A stretch of 29,788 nt of DNA from Abditibacteriaceae bacterium (lineage in GTDB: Bacteria > Armatimonadota > Abditibacteriia > Abditibacteriales > Abditibacteriaceae). Both the position numbers and the translations under genes were made by a program. The DNA is taken from the NCBI GenBank assembly GCA_031425655.1, contig JANPJS010000023.1, positions 1 to 29,788 on the forward strand. Reading direction: 5' to 3'. Below are positions 1-8,225 of the stretch, in pieces. The notes beneath the pieces are model-generated. The model did not search any database and had not been told where the DNA came from. It worked only from the letters and a program-made list of their open reading frames with translations. How positions within the stretch are numbered: position 1 is the stretch's first letter; each line of letters opens with the position of its first letter.

Positions 1-1
1 G

Positions 2-118
2 TGTGCCGTCGCGCGTAAACTGGCCCGCTTGTGTTGGTCGCTGGTCACCCACGGCACAACTTACGACCCCGACCGCGCTTACCAACAAAACTCCCAAAAG
101 GAGTCGCCGACCCCTTGA
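2..118 (+). CDS. IS110-family (DEDD recombinase/transposase) C-terminal end, 5'-truncated by the window edge
   Basis: Manual translation of frame +2 gives CAVARKLARLCWSLVTHGTTYDPDRAYQQNSQKESPTP* (TGA 116-118). AVARKLARxxWxxxxxGxxYDP is the typical C-terminal signature of IS110 transposases. It is not in the ORF track because there is no start codon in the window. Confidence 0.88.
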   Translation, partial: CAVARKLARLCWSLVTHGTTYDPDRAYQQNSQKESPTP

Positions 119-135
119 CTTCAACCATAGAATCT
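115..135 (+). promoter_or_regulatory. Orphan -35 box (TTGACT) of the IS110 circle-junction promoter
   Basis: TTGACT 115-120 is followed by 15 nt up to and including the CT core. Two more nt from the left end would give a 17-bp spacer in the excised circle. There is no -10 box at the right distance in the chromosomal flank. Confidence 0.65.
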
Positions 136-211
136 CTGGGCGGGCGCGTGTCCCCGCAAGAAATGCGGCTATCGTTGAAATGCGTTTCTCCTAAAAAAAC
201 AAAAGGTTCCT

Positions 212-274
212 GCCGACGAATCGGCTCCTCAAAGCGGCGCCAAGCCACCGCACTCCAGAGACAGCAACTTGGGT
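212..274. repeat. Right half of a REP-containing IS982-like MITE (same family as 8345-8507), interrupted by the IS110
   Basis: 212-278 aligns ungapped with 8445-8511 at 56/67 nt, including AAAGCGGCG..CCGCACTCCA and the terminal AGCAACTTGGGT. Confidence 0.8.
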
Positions 275-365
275 TAATGCCATTGGAGCGTTCGACATGG
301 TTGGTTAGTGCTTTGGCTCATTTTGTGTGAACGGGACGTGTTCCTTCAAACTGAAAGAGGTAAAA

Positions 366-917
366 ATGGTTCCCTCACTGCAACGCTGCCTCTGGATCGG
401 GAGTTTAGGGTTTTGCGCGGCCAGCGTCGTCGTTTTCGCTACGGTCGCCTTCGCCGAGCGGTGGATGTATCAGCATCTGGGTTTGGCCCTTTCTTACGCG
501 CTGTGGACGCTGCTTTACATCGTATCCGGCGCGGCGGTCTTTAATACGCTGGTGGTCGGCACCCGGCGCGGCCCGCGTTTTTTCCTGATTTTCGGATTGG
601 CCTTTTTAGGCTACGCCGCAGGTTGGATCGCCGCCTATTTCTCCTTGCGGGGCGCAGTAGGGGAGTGGTGCGCTTCACTGGCCGGCGCGCTGCTCATGGG
701 CTGCATCTTAGCCGCAGGTTTCAAAGTTCTGCGCTTAGCCCCATTGCTCTCGATGCTGCTGTTTGGCACCAACTCGCTGGGCTACTTCGTCGGTTCAGCC
801 TTGAATACATCTATCGGTGGCCAAGTGGGAATGCTGCTGTGGGGCATTGTTTACGGATTGTGTCTTGGCGCTGGGATTGGCGCCGTTCTTCACCGCGCTC
901 AAAGCGTTCGTGTCTAA
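366..917 (+). CDS. Hypothetical integral membrane protein (~5-6 TM helices)
   Basis: ATG 366 preceded by GAAGAGG. The product is Gly/Ala/Leu-rich with repeated hydrophobic segments. No family recognised. Confidence 0.8.
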   Translation: MVPSLQRCLWIGSLGFCAASVVVFATVAFAERWMYQHLGLALSYALWTLLYIVSGAAVFNTLVVGTRRGPRFFLIFGLAFLGYAAGWIAAYFSLRGAVGEWCASLAGALLMGCILAAGFKVLRLAPLLSMLLFGTNSLGYFVGSALNTSIGGQVGMLLWGIVYGLCLGAGIGAVLHRAQSVRV

Positions 918-975
918 AGGTTCTTTTCTTAGACATTATCGGGTTTAGGCAAAACTGTGCGACAGCGAGGCAGAA

Positions 976-1044
976 GCGGGGCTACGCACCCTTCCAAACC
1001 TTGCTTTTTCAGACCAATCCGTTTGGAAGAGGGCGTAGCCCCGC
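976..1044. repeat. REP-like inverted repeat (GTAG type), possible terminator between convergent genes
   Basis: GCGGGGCTACGCACCCTTCCAAAC (976-999) pairs with GTTTGGAAGAGGGCGTAGCCCCGC (1021-1044) at 22/24 and is followed by a T-run. Confidence 0.7.
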
Positions 1045-1203
1045 CTTTTTCCTGAAGCAAACCTTTATTCCCGATAAGGTCTATTTCTTCACAGCTTGCC
1101 GCCGCGCGAGTTGTGCTTCACAAAGATTCTGCGGCTGAAGTTGGGCGGGCGGAACTCGAAAAACTCCCTTGTTTCCTACCGAAAAGCATTCTGTTCTTGG
1201 TGT

Positions 1204-1935
1204 TCACGCCGACAAAAAACCGCCGTCCACCGGCAAGGTGGCTCCATGAATCATGGCGGCCTGCGGACTCAGCAAAAAAGCGACAAGTGAGGCCACGTCG
1301 CGGGGTAGGGCGAATTTGTTCAATGGGATTCGGGCCATCATCCCGGCGCTCTTTTGCGGGTCGCTCCATGCCATTTCCGCCATCGGCGTCAGTGTCACCG
1401 TCGGGTTTACGGCGTTGACGCGAATGCTATGCGGCCCCAATTCCAGCGCCATAACGCGCGTGAGTTGGTCGAGCGCACCTTTGGAGGCGCAATACGCCGC
1501 GTGGTCGGCCAGACCGCGCTGTGAGGCCGTGCTCGACACATTCACTATAGCGCCCTCTTGCCCGCGCGCGATTAAGCCTGCTGCCACCACCTGACTGATG
1601 ATGAGCGGCGCCCGCACATTCACGGCGATGGTTTGGTCGAAGGCCTCCGGCGAGGTTTCTAAAAACGACTGGGGAATGGAAATTCCGGCATTGTTGACCA
1701 GTAAATCTACGATCCCAGCCTCCTGCACGGCGCGGCGTGCCGACATCGCATCCGTCAAATCCGCAACGATGGGGGTGCAGCCGATTTCCCTGTGCAGAGC
1801 TTCCAAATCCGAAGCCGTGCGCGAAAGGGCGATCACATGGGCGCCCAGTTCGGCCAAAAGGCAGGCGATATCGCGTCCTATGCCTTTGCCGGCGCCGGTC
1901 ACCAAAACGCGTTTGTTCTCAAAATTAATAGTCAT
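1204..1935 (-). CDS. Classical short-chain dehydrogenase/reductase, L-xylulose/D-erythrulose reductase (DCXR)-like
   Basis: Motifs TGAGKGIG, NNAG, catalytic YCASK, and IRVNAVNPTVTLTPM, which is typical of DCXR-like SDRs. ATG at 1935 has GAGGA upstream; the ORF-track start at 2040 is over-extended. Confidence 0.9.
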   Translation of the reverse strand: MTINFENKRVLVTGAGKGIGRDIACLLAELGAHVIALSRTASDLEALHREIGCTPIVADLTDAMSARRAVQEAGIVDLLVNNAGISIPQSFLETSPEAFDQTIAVNVRAPLIISQVVAAGLIARGQEGAIVNVSSTASQRGLADHAAYCASKGALDQLTRVMALELGPHSIRVNAVNPTVTLTPMAEMAWSDPQKSAGMMARIPLNKFALPRDVASLVAFLLSPQAAMIHGATLPVDGGFLSA

Positions 1936-2264
1936 AAAATCCTCGCGGCCTGAAGCAATTTGAAGCAATTCACAACAATCCGGGCCAAAACAAAAAGCCG
2001 TCAGGGATAAAGCAAAAACGGCGCGCGTTGCAAGCGCCATGCGGCGACAACATTCGCCCAGGGAGCGATGATTTCTTCGGGCGGCGTGCCGTTAAAAGCA
2101 AGAGGAACCAAAAACACGAACGCAGGGTAGAAACGCACACTGAAGCGGAAGAATTCAAGCGCATAGATGCTTGTTTTTTTACCAACTGGCCGACGATAAC
2201 ACAATCAACGTGAACATGAAGAACTCCTCATAGTCCGAGCCGGTAACAACTTGGATTCTGACTG

Positions 2265-2314
2265 GTTATGCTTGTGCCACCCGGCGATTTATCGCCGGGT
2301 GGCACAAGCATAAC
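2265..2314. repeat. Perfect 24-bp-arm palindrome (REP-like hairpin)
   Basis: GTTATGCTTGTGCCACCCGGCGAT-TT-ATCGCCGGGTGGCACAAGCATAAC, with no mismatches. Confidence 0.9.
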
Positions 2315-2460
2315 GCGGCTCTTGGCACTACCATAGTTTCACCGCGTAACATGAGGGAGTAAAACAGCGAAATACCCATCCGCGTGCAGGCGTTCCCGCC
2401 ATCGGAACTCATCAACAAGCCATCATATTCGGTGGCGGTTGATAATTCGTGCGCTGCCAT

Positions 2461-4503
2461 TCAGCCTTGCACCTTAAGCGTCGGCGCCACTCCTATCATG
2501 CGCGTTGGATTGCCTTTTATGGTGTTAAAAAGGTCTAATTGCATGGCTTTTTGGTCTATCTCACGGATGACGCGCACATTAGAAAGCTCTGTGGTTTTTG
2601 TCCAGCGATAGCCCTGCTCCGGCCCGGCGACGGTAACCCATTCAAGCTCTTTGACCCACTTCAGGCCAAGCCTTTCGCTGATGATAACCGATAAACAGGC
2701 CGGGTCGAACAACGCTTTATCGCCATCGGGCACAATTTGCTTCAGATAACGGCCCAGCGCATGGTCAGCGTAGAGAGCGCCTTCGGTGCGCTTATTAATG
2801 GCGACGCGTGCGCCAACCGGCGCGGGCATGATCCACGTTTCGATGCCGCTTTGCGCCACGACAAACATTGACCATGGGTCGTTGTCGCCGTTGAATTCTC
2901 GGACAATGGCGTCGTTAGAACCGCCCAGCCAGATGATGCGAATGCGATCTTTGAGCGACACGCCTTCGCGCTCGGCTTGTAACAATGCCGACGCGATGTT
3001 GGTGCCGGGGCCAACGGGCACAATCCAGACGGGATTATACGGCGAGGCGCCCCGCGCTGCGGCTAAAATGGCTTCGCTGGCGGGGGTGACAATCGGCGCG
3101 GTGTCGTTCCATTTTCCACTGGCGGGAACCTTCAATCGCTCATTCGCGCCCCGAAAAATTACTGGCAGGCGATGTTCAGGCAGACCGCTTTCGCGCGACA
3201 ATTTGTAAACGTGCTGAATTTCCGCGAAGTTAACCGGCTCCTGACCTCCGCCATGATGAATGCTGTTGGTCGCCAAAACATCGAGGTCGCTGAACAAGGC
3301 GTAACCCAAGTAATGCTGATCGTCCTGTTCGTTCTTGGCATCGCTGTCGAGCAGCACTTGCGGCAAATGGCGAGTTGCCTCGCTATGAACACGCAACAAA
3401 GCCAGACAATCGTCCTGATGTTCTCCCGCGCCCGCCGTTAAACGCACCTGATAGATGCCGGGCCGGGCAAAGATGTGATTCACCCGTTGCCCGGTGCCGG
3501 TAGTGCCATCGCCGAAGTCCCACAGAAATTGCGTGGGCGCGCCTGCCATCACTTTGGCCGCGAAGGGAGCCGCCTGCGCTGCCATTACGGCGCCTTTGAG
3601 CGGTTCCATGTCCACCTGCACCGATGAAAGAACCGGCAGTGATTGGCGGGTAACAACCTGTTCTTTACCGTCAGAAACCGTCAGAATGACGCTATAATCG
3701 CCCTTCTTTTTGAAGATGTGCCGCACTTTTGGCCCTTCGGCTTCCGTGCCATCGCCGAAATTCCATTTCCACGAGCGAATGTCGCCCACGCTATTCTCGG
3801 CGGCAAACTCGGTTTCCTGTCCGGCACGCATCTGCTGCACAGAAGGCTTAATTTGGGCCGAAAAGGGCGGCACTTTGGCAACCAGCCACGATTTCCCGGC
3901 CTCGCCGCGAAAATGCGCGCTTTTGAGCGGCGTTTTATCGTCCTTGCTGAACACGCTGACACGCAGGGCATCGAAGCGAAGCGGCGCCACAGCAGCGCCG
4001 CCCCAAAAGTAAGCGCCGCGATCATACCAACCGCCGACGCCGCGCGCATGAGTGTTCCATGCGCCATCGCGGCGCAGTTCGATTTTCCACGCCGTGTCGG
4101 GCTGCGGTTGATTCGGATAAGCGCCGCTCAATGCGATGATGTTGGCTTCGACGGGCTGAGGCCATTCAGCCAGCCAAGACGCGGCCTTGTCTTCCGGCAC
4201 GACACCCAAGTCTTCGCCGAAGCCAACACCGTATTCGTGCCACTCGGAAGCAGTTTTGAAAACGTTTTTTTGGGAATCAAAAATTATGTGTTCTGGTCGG
4301 CCACGCCGGCCTTTGCCAAAGCTGTCCAAATTGCCGGAGATGCGTGCTTCACCGAGCAGGTTAGGCGTGGAGTCGGGAATGCGAATCGCGTCCGCAGCGC
4401 AGGCTAACGGCGTAGTCCGGCCAGTTAACAGCAGCGCAAACGCTACGGCTACAGTGGCTCGAACGGTAAAACCTGTTCGTGTTTCTCTATGTTTGGGAGT
4501 CAT
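2461..4503 (-). CDS. Secreted protein: N-terminal beta-sandwich, two PKD domains and a C-terminal inosine/uridine nucleoside-hydrolase-fold domain
   Basis: Signal peptide; PKD motifs WNFGDG..HIF..GDYSVILTV and WDFGDG..HIF..PGIYQVRLT; nucleoside hydrolase motifs LLDSDAKNEQDDQ, VGPGTNIA, EFN..NDP and LFDP. Confidence 0.85.
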   Translation of the reverse strand: MTPKHRETRTGFTVRATVAVAFALLLTGRTTPLACAADAIRIPDSTPNLLGEARISGNLDSFGKGRRGRPEHIIFDSQKNVFKTASEWHEYGVGFGEDLGVVPEDKAASWLAEWPQPVEANIIALSGAYPNQPQPDTAWKIELRRDGAWNTHARGVGGWYDRGAYFWGGAAVAPLRFDALRVSVFSKDDKTPLKSAHFRGEAGKSWLVAKVPPFSAQIKPSVQQMRAGQETEFAAENSVGDIRSWKWNFGDGTEAEGPKVRHIFKKKGDYSVILTVSDGKEQVVTRQSLPVLSSVQVDMEPLKGAVMAAQAAPFAAKVMAGAPTQFLWDFGDGTTGTGQRVNHIFARPGIYQVRLTAGAGEHQDDCLALLRVHSEATRHLPQVLLDSDAKNEQDDQHYLGYALFSDLDVLATNSIHHGGGQEPVNFAEIQHVYKLSRESGLPEHRLPVIFRGANERLKVPASGKWNDTAPIVTPASEAILAAARGASPYNPVWIVPVGPGTNIASALLQAEREGVSLKDRIRIIWLGGSNDAIVREFNGDNDPWSMFVVAQSGIETWIMPAPVGARVAINKRTEGALYADHALGRYLKQIVPDGDKALFDPACLSVIISERLGLKWVKELEWVTVAGPEQGYRWTKTTELSNVRVIREIDQKAMQLDLFNTIKGNPTRMIGVAPTLKVQG

Positions 4504-4504
4504 A

Positions 4505-6958
4505 TCAATGAGTATGCTGCTGAATCTGCTCCAGCGTTAAGGCACCACGACCTCCGATGCGACTGCCGAAGATTTGCAGACGTTGAATCGAACCACGAAA
4601 CTGGCGATCCAAGCCGTGGTTATGCATCGAACGATTGAAGTTGCCGATGGCAAGTTCGCCAATATCATCGCCTACGATGCCCGCGTTGTAAGTTGTTTTG
4701 CGATCCAGTTTGAGGTCTCTTGGAAGCGGTTTGTCGGATGGTTCGCTGAAATACCAGCACACATTCTCTTGCAATAGCGCCGCGTTGTAGGTGACAGCGA
4801 AGAGCGTCCATTTGCCGACAATCAATTTGCCGGGCGAGCTGTCGTTCTGCACGTTATCCGGCCATTCATTGACGGACAAACGCAAACGGCCATCGGCATG
4901 GCAAACCAAGTCAAAGCCGTCGCGGTTGCCATTCAAGCAAAAGGCGATGCGATTACCGCCGCTTCCGGTTTGCAGGCTTTCGGGTCGCACCCAGCCCATA
5001 ATCGTGAAAGAACGCAAGCCTCGCAAGGCTTCAATGCGTTTTTCCGCTTCGCCCCAGCCCCACGGCGCGCCTGCGGAGAAATGAAGGCTGCCATCGGCGT
5101 TGCGCTTGGCGGTGCCTTTCAAGCTCACGGCGGGAGTTTCACCGGCTGCGAATCCGAGGCGTGCCAAAGGGCCAACAGATTTTTGATCTACGACGACTTG
5201 TGCGAAGCTAATGGCGCTTTGGCCATTACGATCAGTAACTTTGAGCGACACGGTAAACAGGCCCGATTCCTTGAAAATATGTTGCGCTGTCTGACTATTG
5301 GCCTGGTTACCGTCACCAAAATTCCATTCCGCGCGCATCTCGGCGGGTGCGGTAAAAGTGACCGTCAACGGTGCAATACCTTCCAGCGTGGACGCGGTAA
5401 TTTTCGCTTCCGGGCGCAACGCTTCGCTGGGCGCATAGGGCGTGAAGCGATAGGCCATATCAGGCTTCTGGGCGCTGATTGAGTAGTTGCCGGGCTGCGC
5501 ACTGCCCATCGGCATAACGCTCATTTCCCACGGATCAATCCTGTCCACTTTGTAAGGCCGCTCGCCTTCTAACGTGACAATTTGCGCTTTGGTATCGGAA
5601 GCATAAAGCAAATAATACGCGGCGGGCTTGGCTAAAAGAAAACGGCCTTTGCCATCGCCAAGTGGCTGCAATTCGTGAAAAGGCGGCGCTTGTTTCATCA
5701 AGTCCCTCAGCCATTGAATGCGCGGCGGGCTTTGGCCGTGCAATACGCCGCCTTTGGCCCACCACAGAATGTCCTGCGGATGTTTATAGGTTTCACCATG
5801 CCCGACATAACAGCCGTTCAGCGTGCCCTGCCAAAACTTTTGCGTCATCTCCTTCGCGCTGAGATGGCCCCAACTGTGTGAAATATCGCCCTCGTAGCGG
5901 CACTCATCGTAAATCACCGGCTTGCGATACTTTTCGCGGAAACGCAAACCCGCGTTCATATCAGCGGTTTGGATGCTGGCGTGCGTGACCCACGGCTTGG
6001 TGTGGTCATACCAATCTCTGCCGTTATGAATGCCGCGCAGCTTTGCAAAAGGGTCTTCTTTCTGGAGGATCTGAAAAAACCTGTCCCAATTTTCCCATTG
6101 TTTATTGCCCCGGTGTCCCTGCGGGCGATTGGTCATGAAATCGTATTCGTTGGCTAACGACCACCAGACGTTGCGATAGGCCGCTAAACGCGCGATGCAG
6201 TAACGCAGATAGCGGTCGTCTTGCGCGTCGCTCATTTCCGAAAAGCCCCAGCGGTCGTAAGGGTGCCAGAGAATAATATCCGCTTCGATGCCCAATCGCT
6301 GCAAATCGAGAATCCGCTTTTCAAAGTGCCGCCAGAACTCCGGGTCTGGCCGGTCGAAATCGAAGCTACCGTCGCCCTTGCGCGCAAAAGCAAATCGCTG
6401 TGGCTCGTTTTTGTTGTAATCGTAGCTTTTGGGAAAAACGCAAAAGCGAATTTTATTGAACGGCGAGGCCGCCAGAGTTTTCAGTGTCTGCTCTTGAAGC
6501 TCTTCGCTTTGATGCGTCCACACATAACTCGTGGTGCCGAATTGATGATACGGCGTGCCGTCTTCGTAGCGTAAATAAAAGGTGTCGGCGACACGAACCG
6601 GGCCTCGGTTTCCGGCTTTGGGCGCCGTCACCTTGAAAGCGCCGATTTTGCCGCTGAGGGCGGGCGTGTTGCTGCGGGTTTCGTAGCGCCAATTTTCGGG
6701 CGCTGGCGGCATGAAGCGCACTTTATAAATGCTGCCGCCATCCCAGAAGCCGGGCACCGTGATGCTTTGCTTGCCGTTGGTGAACGTCGCGGACAACTGA
6801 ACATCATGGTAGGAATTGCCCGGCGCTTGATGGTTCAGCGTCACTTCGTAAACGCCCCATCGCTCAACCACTGGCTCTGTCGTCGTTTGTGCCCCGGCAG
6901 GAATAATACTCATCGTCAGACCGGCAGCTAAAAAGGAAGCGGGATTTGAAAAGGTCAT
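4505..6958 (-). CDS. Secreted putative glycoside hydrolase: DUF5060 + DUF4038 (apiosidase/GH140-like TIM barrel) + DUF5605 + PKD + LamG-like domain
   Basis: Motifs VERWGVYE, GFWDG, GTTSYVW, PFNKIRFCVFPK, LWHPYDRWG, WWSLANEYD, PVIYDECRYEG, GHGETY, WWAKGG; PKD WNFGDG; LamG-like SFTIMGWV..WTLFAVTY..FRGSI. Likely ATG 6958. The stop lies 1 nt before the next start, suggesting translational coupling. Confidence 0.85.
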   Translation of the reverse strand: MTFSNPASFLAAGLTMSIIPAGAQTTTEPVVERWGVYEVTLNHQAPGNSYHDVQLSATFTNGKQSITVPGFWDGGSIYKVRFMPPAPENWRYETRSNTPALSGKIGAFKVTAPKAGNRGPVRVADTFYLRYEDGTPYHQFGTTSYVWTHQSEELQEQTLKTLAASPFNKIRFCVFPKSYDYNKNEPQRFAFARKGDGSFDFDRPDPEFWRHFEKRILDLQRLGIEADIILWHPYDRWGFSEMSDAQDDRYLRYCIARLAAYRNVWWSLANEYDFMTNRPQGHRGNKQWENWDRFFQILQKEDPFAKLRGIHNGRDWYDHTKPWVTHASIQTADMNAGLRFREKYRKPVIYDECRYEGDISHSWGHLSAKEMTQKFWQGTLNGCYVGHGETYKHPQDILWWAKGGVLHGQSPPRIQWLRDLMKQAPPFHELQPLGDGKGRFLLAKPAAYYLLYASDTKAQIVTLEGERPYKVDRIDPWEMSVMPMGSAQPGNYSISAQKPDMAYRFTPYAPSEALRPEAKITASTLEGIAPLTVTFTAPAEMRAEWNFGDGNQANSQTAQHIFKESGLFTVSLKVTDRNGQSAISFAQVVVDQKSVGPLARLGFAAGETPAVSLKGTAKRNADGSLHFSAGAPWGWGEAEKRIEALRGLRSFTIMGWVRPESLQTGSGGNRIAFCLNGNRDGFDLVCHADGRLRLSVNEWPDNVQNDSSPGKLIVGKWTLFAVTYNAALLQENVCWYFSEPSDKPLPRDLKLDRKTTYNAGIVGDDIGELAIGNFNRSMHNHGLDRQFRGSIQRLQIFGSRIGGRGALTLEQIQQHTH

Positions 6959-6992
6959 TGGCTTAGTTTTTAAGTGGCTAAACAAAATTAAT

Positions 6993-7164
6993 TTAAACCG
7001 CAGAAACGCCGAGGGCACCGAGCAAGAGAGAGGTAGGAGAGGGGCTGGGCGCGGTGCCGGGAGGTGGCCGTGCCGGGAGGTGGCCAGTCTGGGCCAGGAT
7101 TGTGCGCCTGCTGTTGGCCCGAAGCTCTTTTTGCCTCTGCACTCTCGGCGTCTCTGCGGTTTAA
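6993..7164. repeat. ACCGCAGAG-type inverted repeat element with an internal 16-bp tandem duplication
   Basis: TTAAACCGCAGAAACGCCGAG (6993-7013) pairs with CTCGGCGTCTCTGCGGTTTAA (7144-7164) at 20/21. GTGCCGGGAGGTGGCC occurs twice in tandem at 7054-7085. Confidence 0.8.
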
Positions 7165-7256
7165 TCTCTTTCTGTCTGACTACTTAAAGCCGAGAAATTG
7201 TGCTTTCGCGATGCTTTTTTGTGTTTTCAATGTTGATCTGTGATTAATTGAGTCTC

Positions 7257-8225
7257 ATGGCTTTTCCGATTCATCGTCCGCGCCGCTTGCGCGCAACGCC
7301 GACGCTGCGCCGCATGGTGCGCGAAACCCATCTCTCGCCCGACGACCTCATCGCGCCGCTTTTCGTGCAGCTCGGCGAGAACCTGCGCGAACCAATCGGC
7401 TCGATGCCCGGCCAGTTTCGATGGTCGCCCGACAGCGCCGCCGCCGAAGCGCGCGAATTGTGGAATCTGGGCATTCCTGCCGTGATTTTGTTCGGCATTC
7501 CCGATAGCAAAGACGAAAGCGGCAGCGGCGCTTACGATGCGCGCGGCCCGGTTCCGCTGGCCATCAAGGCCATCAAAAGCGCGGTTCCCGAAATGGTCGT
7601 TATCGCCGACACCTGCGCCTGCGAATACACCTCGCACGGGCACTGCGGCATTTTACACGGCGAGCGCGTGGACAACGACCAAACGCTGCCCTTATTAAGC
7701 AAAGCCGCGCTCTGCTACGCACAAGCCGGCGCCGACATTATCGCGCCCTCGGACATGATGGATGGTCGCGTCGGCGCCATTCGCGCCGCTTTGGATGCCG
7801 GCCATTTCGCGGACGTGCCGATTATGAGTTACGCCGCCAAGTTCGCCGGTGCTTTTTACGGCCCGTTCCGCGATGCCGCCGACAGCACGCCCGCTTTTGG
7901 CGACCGGCGCAGTTATCAAATGGACATTGCCAATCGCCGCGAAGCCCTGCGCGAAATGGCGCTCGATCTGGAAGAAGGCGCCGACTTTTTGATGGTCAAA
8001 CCGGCGCTGTTTTGTCTGGATATTTTGCGCGAGGCGCGCGACCGTTTCAACGTGCCGCTGTGCGCTTACAACGTCAGCAGCGAGTATTCGATGATTAAAG
8101 CGGCAGGCCAATTGGGTTGGATTAACGAAGCGCAACTCATCGAAGAAACGCTGCTTTCCATCAAGCGCGCCGGAGCCGATTTAATCATCACTTACCACGC
8201 CAAAGAATGGGCGGCACGACAGTAA
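7257..8225 (+). CDS. hemB: Porphobilinogen synthase (delta-aminolevulinate dehydratase), Zn-binding type
   Basis: RPRRLR N-terminus, Zn site DTCACEYTSHGHCG, APSDMMDGR, SYAAKF..FYGPFRDA, MVKPA. ATG 7257. Confidence 0.98.
   Translation: MAFPIHRPRRLRATPTLRRMVRETHLSPDDLIAPLFVQLGENLREPIGSMPGQFRWSPDSAAAEARELWNLGIPAVILFGIPDSKDESGSGAYDARGPVPLAIKAIKSAVPEMVVIADTCACEYTSHGHCGILHGERVDNDQTLPLLSKAALCYAQAGADIIAPSDMMDGRVGAIRAALDAGHFADVPIMSYAAKFAGAFYGPFRDAADSTPAFGDRRSYQMDIANRREALREMALDLEEGADFLMVKPALFCLDILREARDRFNVPLCAYNVSSEYSMIKAAGQLGWINEAQLIEETLLSIKRAGADLIITYHAKEWAARQ

Larger units (their letters stand above)
1..135 (+). mobile_element. Right end of an IS110-family element; predicted boundary at CT core 134-135
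   Basis: The transposase stop overlaps TTGACT (115-120), followed by TCAACCATAGAAT-CT. A very short right end with a -35 box and a CT core is the IS110-group layout. ATAGAAT-CT resembles the left half of the IS621 donor, ACAGTAT-CT (recalled from literature). Confidence 0.75.

Noticed and set aside
3..330. ORF-track ORFs 3..194, 31..330 and 45..248
   Set aside because: They cross the IS110 end and repeat DNA; the real coding frame is +2 (2..118).
1109..1180. Minus-strand stretch with coding-like codons (ETREFFEFRPPNFSRRIFVKHNSRGGKL)
   Set aside because: No start codon or RBS, and too short to assign; could be a remnant but is unsupported.
1940..2230. Possible riboswitch or small ORF upstream of the SDR
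   Set aside because: No recognisable aptamer consensus or convincing terminator, and the short ORFs lack an RBS or motifs. An Rfam scan would be needed.
7011..7019. GAGGGCACC, a 9-nt match to the 14-nt cassette on the minus strand
   Set aside because: It lacks the CCCA part, and GAG-N6-GAG variants are normal in this repeat family; likely chance.
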